Position numbers and translations under genes: made by a program
The notes under the pieces: generated by a model
Told to the model about the DNA's origin: nothing
Database searches by the model: none
The model's input: the letters and a program-made list of their open reading frames with translations, nothing else
Shown here: in pieces, positions 1 to 13,194 of the stretch
How positions within the stretch are numbered: the first letter of the stretch is position 1
Layout of the letters: every line of letters starts with the position of its first letter
Origin: Paraspadella gotoi
Lineage: Eukaryota > Animalia > Chaetognatha
Length of the DNA stretch: 64,000 nucleotides
NCBI GenBank assembly: GCA_051294375.1
Contig: CM119271.1
Span: forward strand, 10,469,427-10,533,426
Reading direction: 5' to 3'

Positions 1-2524
1 GCTGTTAATCGTTTTTCTTACATATCACATCAGCCTTGGTTGTTGACTGTGCAATCTAGTCAAATTTTATTTGAAGTTGATAATAAGGGAGATTAATTAA
101 CGAGGATAAAGCTGCAGATATATAAAGTTTGGGCTGCCTGGTGTGTTTTTGGGTAAAACTTCGAAATCTCTCTCCCAAAAGTGCTTACGTATTTGTTAAA
201 AAAATTTTCGACTTTTTTTGTGTGTTCTTTTCCAATTTCATTCTTGTGTTCTATAAACCGGAATCTTTCATTTTTACCATACAACTTCATTTGATATCAA
301 GACAAATATATCTTGCCATGATAGGCGGAATTATTTGTCAAATTTGATGTCGTTTTGAAAATTAGGCTTAATATTTTAGTTAATTCTTTTCTTTTATTTT
401 TTTTTAATTTTGCATTTTTACGCGTTGTGATTTCAAGCGTTATTTTTACTTCATGTATTTTTCTTTTAAATTGGTGCCACGACATTAACTGATAATGATA
501 ATATATTTTTTAAAGTTTAATATAATTTTTTTACATTCATTACCTTTAATAAAATTTTATTAACAACATGGACTAGTTGTGTAGCATCTAATTATTAATG
601 TGGTATAACGCCTTTTAGAGATCCTTATAGTAGTCATCGTTAAACGTAAAAAAACTAATAGTATCTATAATCTAAGTAAAATGTCCACTGGATTTGATCA
701 AAGAATGAAGCTGTGCGGACGTGGAATTAAATTGGGGATCCTTTGAAGACAATGTCAGTCCAAAAATCCGCGCGAAATTTCGATTCACGTTATGAAATGC
801 TTTTCACATTGACTGTATGAATGCTCATCGCATAGTTTTACGAAAACGTGATACCATAAATACACTACGAACACGAACCATCACATCACTGAAAATATAC
901 TCGTACTATTTTCACAATTTAATCTTTACACGTTTCAAACACGCATGCGTGTTTTCCCTTCCTTACCCAATCTCCCTCCCTTCCCTTTTTTTTTTATCTT
1001 TCTCCCCTTTTTTCCTTTTTAGACGTAAATGATCTCCTTTTTTTGTCTTTTCTGAATATTATGTCCTTTTTACCCAAATTTTTAAAATTAGATAATTATT
1101 CTTGAATACATTGTTTGTTCAGTTTCCTTGGTTCTTCACATCATTTACTGATATCCCATTCATTTCGGCAAGTCCGAGGCGTTTTGCTCTCGAAGTAATT
1201 AAAAAATATTCTCAGTAATATTATTAAAGAATTAAACTGCGATTAACCAAGCTAATTAAAATTGATAATTGGAAATAAAAAGAATTGGATAAAAAAATAC
1301 TACTTTTCTATCGTTTATTTTCCTTAATTCGGAATTTCATATTCATTTTTAGAGAAAATAAAATCTATAATATCAAAGGATGTTAGAGATGCTTTGCCAA
1401 AATTAGGTGGCTGAAAACTAAAATTTTCAAGAGCGTTTTCAGAAATGGGGGCGCGAAGCAAGCATTTAACCATTTGCGGCTTCATCTTTGCTCAGTCTTT
1501 TTTAATTTTTATTAAGGCCTCTTGCTCAATCCTGTTTAATATCTAGAATTCTTTGACGTTCATATTTACTGCTTGCAACCACACTTAACGGTAATTCAAG
1601 AGTCGGGGAACGAATCCACAATTCGAAAATTACAAAAAAAATTCCCTTTATTAATATTATTAGCATCATTTATCTGACGAACAACTATCTAGAAATTATA
1701 CAAAGCTCATTAACTTGTTACGGCTGATCGCTAAGCTTTTTAAAAAATCGGCTTCCGTTAATCTCCGCGATATTAGTTTTCGTCGCATGTTTTTTCGTTG
1801 CCCGTGAAAGCGCTTCCCTTTTGTTTAAAAAAAAAAAGAAAATCACACGGGAACTCTGAAACAAAAAAAAACTTCTATCTCGAGGAAGCTTTTTTTTTTT
1901 TTATTCATTATCTGTATTATGTCGTAGTATTATTATACCTAATGTTTTATTATTACTGCCGCCTTGGCTTGATTTTCAACTTCTTTGCGTGTTTTAACGC
2001 TAATATATTTACGTTTTGAAGTGATTTGTGATTTGTCTTTCTTTTTCTGAGACAGTTTGATTTTTTTGATGTCCGAAGGTAGTTACAACTAAAACAAGGG
2101 ACGAAATTTCGAGCGACTCAATAAAACCAGCGTCTCTTCGCGTTTATCTCTTGCGCAATTGTTCGAGGTCTAGAAACTAGAACGCCAAAGCAGCCTACAT
2201 GAATATTCGAAAGATTGGCTCAATTAGAGAACCTTGTCAAAATCAATTTAAAAGTGGCATTCCTGGAGATCAATACGCTCTGGAGGCATATGGAAAATGA
2301 AGAGCAAGGTTTTTTTTAAAGAATTAATGGAAAAAGAAGAGGAATGAAAGAAACATAATGAAAAGGATAAATTTCTCAGAGAAAAAATTAAAAGAATTCA
2401 GATATCATAATTTTTTAATATTTGTTATTTTTGTTATATATTTAGGTTAAACTTAAGGTCATGATAAATTATGGTTCAGAATAAATGTAAATTAATTTAA
2501 AAATTAAATTAGGGATAAAAATAA

Positions 2525-2711
2525 AGGTTAATTTTACTTTTGTCAACTGTAGTTTTGGCGACTTTTGAAAAACCACTTAAAAATATTTATTTAAAAAAAA
2601 ATTATACAATTACCTTAACCCTAAACCTTCTTAACCTTAACCACCCTTAACTTTAAACCACCCATAACCCTAACCCCTTTTTAACCTTAGTTGGCGAAAG
2701 TAAAAGTACCT
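2525..2711. mobile_element. Short non-autonomous TIR element (Kolobok-like MITE) with degenerate CCCTAA repeats, copy 1
   Basis: Imperfect TIRs AGGTTAATTTTACTTTTGTCAACT ... AGTTGGCGAAAGTAAAAGTACCT; flanks ATAA / TTAA; AGG...CCT termini; interior of degenerate CCCTAA/CCTTAA. A second copy lies at 26644-26816. Confidence 0.65.
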
Positions 2712-3570
2712 TTAACTCTAACTTGCCCCTAACCTATTTTGGGTTGAGTTAAGGTTAAGGGTAAGTTAGGGTTAAATTTAAAATTAAGTTTCAGCTTAAG
2801 TATATATTAATTTAAAATTTTAATAAATATTTTAATATTAATAAATTTATTAAAAAAATAATAATATTTACAAAGTAATAGGGTTTTTATTTATTATTAC
2901 AACGATCATTTAATAATTTAGAGAGAGAGAGGGGAGGATATCAAAGTTAAAATTACCCCTCTTTATTTTTAAGTTAGTATTCAAATATTTTTTAAAATTA
3001 TCAAAACTGGTTAATAAAGGTTCAAAGAATAAAAACCGAAACATGTCCGTATTGTAATCACAAATAAAAACTGTTACTTTATAAATATTTATCAAAGGTA
3101 ATAAAAAATATTATAAATATTAATATTTAAAAAAAAAAAGAAATCCTTTTCCCGTGAAGCTTATCAACGTTTTTAATATCATTGTTGTTGCGGTCTTATA
3201 TTTTATTTTCTGTAAAAAAACAAATTTTATTTTTTTATATTTTTTTTTTTGTTTTTTCATAAGCCTCCAGAGTGTATTCAACTCCGGGATCGCCTTAATA
3301 GTAGATGTAGAAATTTTGCGGTTCGTCTCTTCTCATTTCAACCTGACCTGTCTTGAATTTTCACTTTCCAACGATAATTTTGAGAAATATCGCGAGTTGC
3401 CGTGACCGGTTTCCCCCTTATTTTCTGATCGTTTCTAATTGTTTTATCAATTAATAGTATAACAGGGGGATATATGTATATATAAATGTTTTTTTTCTCG
3501 ACAAATCCATTACATGCAGAAATAGAATTTCTCTTCATAGTTCCAAAGGCTTCCCCTCAAGCTTCTAATC

Positions 3571-5428
3571 ATGGGCGATACTTCGACTTCCCCGACGTCG
3601 ACGCGTTGGGCGCTCCCCCCTCGATCGGGCGAGGTCATCGAGACGGTGGAGATGCACGCCGGCGGACAGTCGCTAAGGATATTCCGTCTCGACGATCCGG
3701 GGCTGGGTTCGTCCGGTGTTGATGTTTTTGATCTGGTTATTCGTTGTTCATTTGTTGTTTTATTTTCAATAAACTTTGAATTATTCATTTGTCCAAATTG
3801 TTTCCCTCTGTAAATTGTATCGTTTACTTTTCAACTTCGTGCCTTTTTTTCCCTGCAACGACAGCGGATTGCCCGACGTTATTGTCCAAAAGGCGTTTCA
3901 TCCGCGACCGATTCGATGATGTCCGCCGCCGCCTCGTGTTCGAACCCAGGGGTCATCACGACATGTACGGTGCCATCCTCGTCAAGCCCGATGATCCAGA
4001 TGCCGATATTGCCGTCCTTTTCATCCACAACGAAGGTCTCATTAATCCCCCTAAGGCATAAAATTAATTAATTAATTATTAATTATACGGCTAGATGCCG
4101 CTAGTTTATTATCCCTTTTTCCGGATCGTCAGGCTACTCGACGATGTGCGGCCACGGGGTCATCGCCCTCGCCCGTTTCGCCGTCGATTACGGGCTCGTC
4201 AAGTTTCCCTCAATCCCGGAAACCCCCGTCAACATCCAGTGCCCGTGCGGACTCGTCAAGTCTTTCGTCGAGTTCGACGGACGGAGAACTGGAAAGGTAA
4301 GGTTTGGGTCAGACTCGCGCGGCGTCTTTCTCTCAAGAATTGTGATGCGCGGAGAAGAGAGTTTTTAATAATCTATTCACGTATGTAATGTGATCCCTGA
4401 AATTTGAGGAATTGAGCCACCTCTTCCCGCCCCCCTTCCCTATTCCAAAGGTTCGTTTTTTCAGCGTGCCCGCCTTCGTGCATTCCCGGGATCTTTCCGT
4501 CGACGTCCCCGGTTTCGGACGCGTCACGGTCGACGTCAGTTACGGTGGCGGATTTTACGCCTTCGTCCCCGCCCGAGATCTGGGTCAGCATTTGCCGTAC
4601 GAGGGGAAAAATTCTGACTGACAGACTGACCAAAAAAAGCTTCTTTCTCTTTTAGGTCTGGACATCCGCCAATCTCCGGTCAAAGCCCTCACCGCCGCGG
4701 CCGCCGCCGTCACCGAGACGCTCAAAAAGACCCTGACGATCCGTCATCCCGAGGAAGAGGATTTGTCCTTTCTCTACGGGACGATCCTAACTTGCGGAGA
4801 TGACAGCTGGGCGTCGGACGCCGCCGCCGCCGTCAACCTGACCGTCTACGCCGACCAGGCCGTCGACAGGTCGCCCACGGGTTCCGGTGAGGAAGAAGTG
4901 TTGATTTTGATTTTTTTTTAGAACGAAGTTTTTTAGTTAATAGTAAATGCTTTCATGAAGTCTGGAGTTTGCATTCCTACTATAGGAGGGCAATATTCGC
5001 CTGAGGTAAAATAAGTATATTCTAAGATGTTCAGTGTAAACTTCGATATTCGACATGACCCTTGTTTTATACGGTTTCGGTCAAAACCCTCCCAATCAAA
5101 TTACCGATCGATCTCGTAGGCGTGACGGCGCGCTTGGCGCTTCAAGTGGCGCGCGGGCAAATCGAAGTTGGTCAGCGCCGTGAGTTTGTGGCGTCGGCGA
5201 CCGGCTCGAGCTTCGTCGGAATGCCCGTCGATAAACTCGATTATCACGGGTAAGTTCGTTAAATCCGGAAATGCTAAATTTCATAATTATTCTAATAAGT
5301 TTTAAAATTAAATCCTAAGACATTCGGCGGTCATCGTGGCGGTCGAAGGTCGCGCCTTCTACTCCGGAACTTCCCGCTTCACTCACGAAGTCGACGATCC
5401 CTTCAAAAATGGATTCCAAATCAGATAG
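3571..5428 (+). CDS. L3HYPDH: Trans-3-hydroxy-L-proline dehydratase (proline racemase family), 7 exons
   Basis: GT-AG spliced exons give RRRLVFEPRGHHDMYGAILV, HNEGYSTMCGHG, NIQCPCGLV, SYGGGFYAF, FLYGTIL, DRSPTGSGVTAR and EVDDPFKNGF*. The Cys (MCGH) / Thr (DRSPTG) active-site pair is the dehydratase signature rather than the Cys/Cys racemase one. Confidence 0.95.
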
Positions 5429-5789
5429 AAAATGTCCCCCGCGAGGTTGAAAAAAAAAATGACAGACTTCGAATGGTTACCGATAGGTTTTGTTTTAAAC
5501 GTTATCACTTCGCGAGATTCCGACTGTTGGTTTTTTTTTTAATCTAGTCGATCTTGAATATTTTTTTTATACTTTTTACAAAGATTCCGATTCATTTTTT
5601 GACTATTGTTCTTATATTTTACTTTCAGTAAAAAAATCCGTTAGAAATGTATCCTCAGTTAATTTCGTGAAATTAACCCCCCCCCCCACAAAAAAAAAAA
5701 AAACCCCAACCAAGTCATGACTATCCCATCCGCTGAGCTCGTCATAAATCGATCGAATTCATCCTGAAACTAAAAGAGCGACTCCGAAG

Positions 5790-8700
5790 ATGTCGTCGGA
5801 TAAATCGCGGATGGCGGAGCTGAGTTCGACGGTGGAGACGCAGCGCGACCAGTTGCGCCGCTACGAGTCGAAACTCCGCGACCTCGTCCACGCTTATAAG
5901 AGTCTGCAGAAGGAGAAGGAGGCGCTGGAATCCTCCGTCCAAGCGCTCTCTCAAGATCAGGCGGTCGAGGAGGCCGTTGCAAGATCCGACGCAGGTTTGA
6001 AGGGGACCTATCAATCAAATAATCCATTTTGTTAACTATCAATCAATCCATCAAAGTTTAAATAAAGTTCTCTTCCGCGTCGCCAGAATCCACCTGCTCC
6101 AACGAACCGTCTGTCCCTTCGATCGTCCCCGTCGTCGACTCTTCAAGAACGGATTCGGACGACGCTGCTAGCGACGTCAACCGCGCCTTCTCGCCACGAC
6201 CCTCGGCGTCACCGTCTCCCTCTCCCGGTCATGGCGGCGCCGATCATCCCAAGTTTCAAGTGGCGACGCTCTCCGCCGCCGTTGCCGCCATCACGCTGGA
6301 GAAGAACAGGATGGAGCAGAACTTTCAGCTGGACAGGAAGAAGCTGCTTGATGAGAACGAGGAGCTGGCGGCGCGGGTGACCGAGCTGGAGAAAAGGGGA
6401 GGAGAAGCGCAGACGTCCAAGGCGCTGATGCAAGATTTGCGGGCCAAAATGAGAAGTAGATGAAATGATTGATTTTCTTTGGTCGCCATTAGAATTAGAC
6501 TCGAACGAAATTTAACTCTCTTCAGGCCAGCAGCTGGAACGCGAGCAGGAGCAAAACGATCACGTCGTCATGCTGTCGGAGCTGCAGATGCTGCTGACGC
6601 AGCAGCGTTCCAACAAGGAAGCTCTCGAGTTGGCTCTCGAAGAAGAGAAGGCGGAGCGGAAGCGGGTTCAAGCGGCCTTGCAGGTTGCTTACGATCGTTT
6701 CGGTGATTTAGCAAAGGGTGAACATCTTGCGTACGTGATCCCTCTTTTCACGTGACAGGCGCGTGAGGCAATGATGGCGTTCGCGTCACGCCCGTCCACG
6801 TTGCCGAAGAGAGACGAGGAAAAAGCGCCCGAGTCTGAAGTCGTGATCGAGACTCATCCCTCTTTCGTCAAGATGAAAAAAGAATTGCAGGACACCAAGG
6901 CCCAATATCATCGGTACGAAATTTTGTTTTTTTTAATATTTATTTAAATCTTGGATGTTTTTCTTTTTTTTTTTACCAGAGCCCTGCAGCAAGAACGAAG
7001 CAGAACAAAGGACGCAGAGGAAAGGCTTTCCAGAATGTCGACATCCTCGGAGGAAGTCGTCCGGAGTTTGGAAGATCGAATCTCTGGTTAGCATCTCCTC
7101 ACCTCTCGATTTCTCCAGCCTCTTCCTCCATCAATGATGTTGTTGTCTGATTGAAGAAACCCTCTTCCTCGTTCAGAACTCTCCACCACCATCGGAACCT
7201 ACGAGCGACTCCGGCTGCAGGATCAAAGTTCCATCGAAACGTTGAAGGAAGAGTTGGAGAAGCGACTGACTTTGCAAGGACCCTCGTCCACGAGCGGTTT
7301 CGGTCGTCCGCCCGATAAACGGTTGTCTCCGGTCGGCGCCGACACGGACGACGAAGCGACACCGATCGATAATGTGGGGTTCGTTACTTAGATCGGAACG
7401 ATGAAATTAATTTGGTTACTTGGAAAAAGTACTACTGTAGAAGACGCTTTTCGGTCGGCTTGTCTGACATTTTTACAACGTTTAAATGATACGTTTAAGA
7501 AGCCCCAATGAGAATATAATATATATATATAATATATAAATTTCTAATAATAATATATAATATAATATTGATGACAATAAGAATGATGAGGATGAAATTG
7601 GTTTTCACTTCTCGAGTCGATCGACCTTACAAATCTTCCTCATCTTTTTTTAGATTTCTCCTCAACGAAGATCTCAGTTCCGACCCGCGATATCTCCTCT
7701 CGAAGATGAAGGATCTCAAGATGAAGATCGACGTGGTGACGACGTCGCCCGGATTCGATGGTCAACCCCTCGATCCCCAAGTCATCATCGAAAGCTTCTT
7801 CGATAAGGTGCGCGAGACTGAAAGATTGCGTGAAATGTGTGACTATGAAAGTGAGACTCGGTTAGAAAAAAAAAAAACCCGAAACTGTTTGCAGCTCGAA
7901 ATCGCCGAGATACATGAACCCTGTCGGCTCGAGATCTCCGATTTGACGAGCGATTTGGGACTCCTCAAAGAGCAGCTGCAAATAGTTACAGCGCAGAGCA
8001 AGCAGGATAGTCCCATCAAGATTTCCCTCGACGAGAACAAGAAATTAAAGGTGATTAATTTTATTAATATATATTTAAAAAATTAGTTAAAAACAAACTT
8101 CGTCTCCCCCAAGATGCGAATCGCGGAGCTGGAGAAGGAGGCCCTCCTCGGCCGGGAGCAACTCCATCAACGGGAGACGAGGACGCGGCTGGAGTTGGAG
8201 ACGATGAAGGAGACTCTCTTCCGAATCCAGCGCGACCACGAGGAAGAGAAAAAGTCCGTCGAGGAGGCGTGGAAGGCGAAGCTCGAAGACGTCGTCATGG
8301 TGAGGGGTTTTCTGTTGGTGATTGATATATCGATTCATTGATTGTTCTTGTTGATTGATTTAATGATTTATTTGTTTTATGATTGATTCAGGAGATGAGC
8401 AAGCAGCGCGACCGTACCTTGCAGTTGCTGAAGGAGAAAGATACGGAGGTTGAGATGGCCCGGACGGAGGCGGCGGCGGAATCCTCGTTTCCCACTAGAA
8501 ACATGTCTCGCGCAAGCTCTTTCCGGTAAACCGTGAAGGGAGCTGGCGGCTTTGTTAAAGAATGCAATTCATTTTTACATAAACTGCCGGTTTGAGTACT
8601 TTTAAAACCTCACTCTTTCACTCATTCCCTTAGCTCCCGCCACAATTCCGTTTTATCGGAGGAGAGCTATCGACCGTCGTCCGTGGAAATCGCTCCCAAC

Positions 8701-9492
8701 CCAGTCTTGCCCGATTCCGGGAGAGAACTCGAGAGGTTAGTACAGAAGCTTGTTGTAAAAAAAGTAAAAGTAAAAAAAGTCTTGCTTTCTTTCATAAACT
8801 TTTCCGTTCCTTTGCTCCAGCGCTCTCGATCCGGAAGGATCGGTCTTCTACTCCGGAAGCCAGTCGCTCCACGTCGCCTGTCGAGAGGCTTTGTCGAGGA
8901 TCGAGGCGGATCTGCGTCACGCCTGGCGACAGAAAATAGACTTAGAATCCAACGTCAGAAAATTGCAAAACAGGTTCGAAAACGCCTTGGCGCGCGAGTT
9001 TTGTTCCCAACTTTTGATTGATGCATTTTTGTTTCCTCCCAACTCCCGCGACTCAGCCTGGCCTTGGCCGAAGAGAACCACTCGATGGAAGTGGCGCGCC
9101 TCTCCGCCGAAATCGAGAGGAAGGCGAGAAACCAGGCGCGCGCCGCCGATCTCGTCGGCGAGAAGAACTTGGAATATCTCAAGAACGTCGTTTACAGGTG
9201 GAAGGACGGAAATAATATCATAACCCTTATAAAAAAAGTTTGATAAATAAATAATTAATAGTATAATTCAAAGAATAAATTAAATAAGAATAAAATAAAT
9301 ATTTACAAACAAAAACGGTAAAGAATTAATAAATTTAGTTAATTTATCGACAGACTCATCATGAGTCGAGATTCGACGAGCAAACTTCAACTCATTCCCG
9401 TCGTCGCCACGATCCTTCAATTCACCGCGGAGGAAAAGAACCGCGCTATGTCCAAGTATCAAAGTTGGTGGGGAACGTCCGCCAAAAAGTGA
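5790..9492 (+). CDS. GCC1: GRIP and coiled-coil domain golgin (GCC88), about 14 exons
   Basis: N-terminus VETQRDQLRRYESKLRDLVHAYKSLQKEKEALESS matches the GCC1 N-terminus; long coiled coil; C-terminal GRIP domain NLEYLKNVVYR...LIPVVATILQFTAEE...SWW; all introns phase-compatible; AATAAA near 9546. Confidence 0.9.
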
Positions 9493-10428
9493 TTCCGTCT
9501 ACCTCCGAGATTGTCGCGCTCTATCTCCTTCCTTCAACATTCAATAATAAAAAAAAAACAAAATATAAAGACTTGTCGGTTGGGCCTTGCCCTTTCCAAG
9601 GTCGTAGCCACGACCCGAGTGGAAGACTAACCTCCACGTCTTTCTCTAGTCTTCCAATTCCTCCGTGTTGCTCGTTCATATATTTAAAAATCCTTTTGTC
9701 CCCCACCCCCTATTCCTCCGTATTTTTTTTTATGCCCTCGTTGACGTTTTTATCTAAATTTGTAGTTGTTCAGTTTTAAATGCGGACATAAACGGTTGAA
9801 ATTTTAAATGTTGCTGTTTTTTTTGGCGGCCAAGAGGACGTGAATTTAGAGAGTTTAGCGTCGGGATCTTTTATCGGCGACTGGTTGCGTTAGGAGAAAA
9901 ATTCTGGGCTTTCCGCCGCGGGGGAAATTCGCCTTTTTCGTCAAAGTGGGCTCCCCCCATTAAATATAAAAGCCGAGAGGACGCCGATTTTAACGAGGTC
10001 AGTTCGCTACACGAGTTTTATCTGATAGACTTGCGTTTGTTTGAATTTTGTTAGAATTTGCATCATTGGAATTGTTTGGAAGAACTCATTTGAACTCTGA
10101 TTTCGCTTTAAAGCAGAGAAAGGGATGAAAAAACCGTTTTACGGTGATTGATTTTACTGGTCCACGTCCGTGGACCGTGGTGGATAAGAAAAATATTACG
10201 CGGGTGGGGAAGGAATGAGTAAAGCGGAGAGATTCTTATCTCCTCCCGGACCTCCTCCTCATATTCTAAAAATCATTTTCAGTTTACAACCGTGAAATTC
10301 GTGAGAGTCAAGCGGAGAATCAACGTCTAGACAAAAGACTACGACCAGTAGTTCCGTCCTTTTTTGTCGTTTACCAGCTGAGATAAAGATAATTTTGAAA
10401 TCAGTTGACGAGACTCAAACCGTAAATT

Positions 10429-12477
10429 ATGACGGAGACTTTGGCATGGGTCGCGACGCAAGTAACAGACCATCACGGAGATTCCAGGTATACAACCCTG
10501 ATGAATACTAAATTCAATTATTATAATTTTTTATTTTTCCCCGCTTTCTTCACGGCAGATGGAAAGACATGCACGATGAATTCGTGAGTGAAGCGAAAGA
10601 GAAAGAAGCCGACGTCCTTTTCATCGGTGATTCACTCGTGCAGGTATTCTTTATTTCACGCGGATTCTTTTTTAAAAATGTCACTTGTTTTGAATTTTGG
10701 GCAACCCGGTTTTGAGCTTTGGAATTTGGTCTTTAAGCTCTGAACTTTGATCTTTTTACTTCTTGCTGCCCTTTGAGTTAAGCCTAATGCCGGATCTTTT
10801 GCGCGTTGTTTACCATATAAGTTAAAGGATTAGTGAATGTGTAATTTCAAATAAAAAATAAAAATTCTTGTCAGTTTATTAGGATTTATCGAGGATTATT
10901 TTCGAAACTCGCTACCAAAATTTTCTCGATTTAAGTACAGTCGCGTCATTTTAATTTGGTTGAAGTAGAAATAGGGTAACTTTACCACAAATAAAAGAAA
11001 TTATATGGATTGTGATACGAACATCGGTTCACCCTTGAATAATGAATATTCTCATTCGCTAAACTCGAATGTACTTAAGGGGAATGGCGCTAACCACAAG
11101 ATCATTTTTTTATATATTATTAATTTGTTTTAAAACCTTAAAAGTGGCTCGATTTTTTTTGGCGCGATCCGATTGGTTGTTTCTACCACGAGATGTTTTT
11201 CTCGGCTTCTGATTGGTCGACAACCAGGATCTCCCGATTTTTCGGTGCCGACGAACTCGGGGTGAATCGAACAAGGCTTTGGATTCACGTTGTTAATTTT
11301 ACCTATTTGAGAAAGTAAAACAAGTTTTTTTGCTTCCTTGTCTTTCAAGATTGTCAATCTATTTTTAGATAGTTACGGGCGTTTGTTTAATAACTTCCTC
11401 CTGAGCGGTGAAAATCTTTTCTCTGTTGGTTTGGAGTGTACCGCAAGAATAAAAATTTAATCGACTTCACGAAGATTAAAAAAATCAGATTTCAAAAATT
11501 AAAATTATAACCCACAATATTTTCAAAATTTTCGTTTTCGTCAGCTCTTGAAACAAAACGAAGTTTGGCATCGCTACTTCGAACCCCTTCATTCGCTCAA
11601 TTTCGGCATCAGCGCGGATCAAACGCAACACGTTCTGTGGCGCGTGGAGAATGGCGAGCTCGACAACATATCGCCTCGGTCAGTAAATGGAGGATGGGAT
11701 AACGATTTGCGTCTACAATCGCCTCACCTCATTCCTTCACAAAATTCATTCCAGAATTTTTTTTTTTTTTTTTTAACGATTAAACGATGAGTATTGAGCA
11801 AGAAAAATTGCACTAATGCACTAATGCACTAATTCCAGAATCGTGGTTCTCCTCGTCGGCACCAACAACCACGACCACAGCGCCGAGGACGTCGCCTCCG
11901 GTATCGTCGCCATCGTCAACGCCATTTTACGGCGTCAACCGGAAGCGCACGTCCTCGTGCTCGAGATCCCGCCCAGGGGTCGTTATCCTAATCGGGCGAG
12001 GGACAAACTCGCCATGGTGAACGTGATGCTCGCCGAAAAATTAGGTTAGTAAACATTTCTCACTTGGCACAAAAGGAAAGTCAAATGATGTCGAATTTCG
12101 TACCAAAATATCATTGGTTGATTGATTAATTTCAATTGCCCCCATGATTTATTGATTGATTCGTTCGGTTGATTTATCTATTAATTGATTTCTATTGACC
12201 TAATGATTTAATGCTTCATTTATTTATTTATTATTTGTTTGATTAATTGATTGATTTGGTTGATTGATTGATTTATTATCCATTATTTTCCAAAGAATCC
12301 ATTCGAAAAGCCTCGCTCGTCTCCGTCAACTGGACATCTTGGATGAACGAAGAAGGGGAAATGTCTCCCCAGGATTTCTACGACTACCTTCACTTCACGA
12401 CCAGAGGCTACGAGAAACTCTGCGAACCGCTCGCAGAAGAAATTCAGAACCGACTCGGAGAATTCGGCCCGCGATGA
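10429..12477 (+). CDS. PAFAH1B2: Platelet-activating factor acetylhydrolase IB catalytic (alpha) subunit, SGNH hydrolase, 5 exons
   Basis: Exons at about 10429-10487, 10559-10643, 11545-11678, 11839-12044 and 12296-12477 give DVLFIGDSLVQ, LNFGISADQTQHVLWR, LLVGTNN and DFYDYLHF (catalytic Ser, Asp, His). Likely the single invertebrate co-orthologue of PAFAH1B2/B3. Confidence 0.92.
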
Positions 12478-13194
12478 CCCCGTCAAACGGGGGCCTGCGC
12501 ATACGCAGTGTGTGCGCGACGTTGTGGCTCAAAGAAGCGAGATGCTGCTCCTGCTCCTGCTGTCGTGCGATTAAAAAAATTGTATTACAGTTGTCGGGGG
12601 GGGGGCGTGGAAAGAGTCGCCACGAATGAATGTATATACAGAAATGAAAGCTAATTTGATCATGGTGTTACGGGGGAAAAATTATAGTCTCCCCTTATTT
12701 ACATCGTTTAGTTGGGAGATGATATCAGGCTTTGTTATCTTAACGATTTAGTTTGTGATTGGACCAACTTTACGGTTTACCACTTCTAAAGTTTTTCCGC
12801 GATCGTATTGTGAAATGTGAATGCTTTTCTAGTTCACGATAAAAAAAAAAAAAACTTCCATTTTCCTACTTTTTCCTAGTCTTAAATTTCGAGGCCTCAA
12901 ATCAAATTACAATCTCATTCGCCAAATCCAAGATATATAGGTTGTGATACCTTTTCGTATATTACCGCGTTTTGATGCTTTCACTATTCCTGCTTAATTG
13001 TGCAAGATCTCATATTTTTTTTTTCCATTCTAAAATTTGTACCGCCAATTTTGCTCCGGCAGCTTTTGTCGTACATGGTTTTGATATTCCTTCAGCGACG
13101 TAAACGCGAAATGATTATCAGTAAAACTTAATATCGGATGCCGTGGATCTTCTTTGCATAAAATCACAGAGTTGGAGATTATCAAAAAGAAACA

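Noticed and set aside
1-2500. Short ORFs in the first 2.5 kb
   Set aside because: AT-rich, lacking the exon codon bias seen elsewhere; no recognisable protein.
2610-2775. True telomere or chromosome end
   Set aside because: The repeats are degenerate and internal, and most lie between TIRs shared with a second copy.
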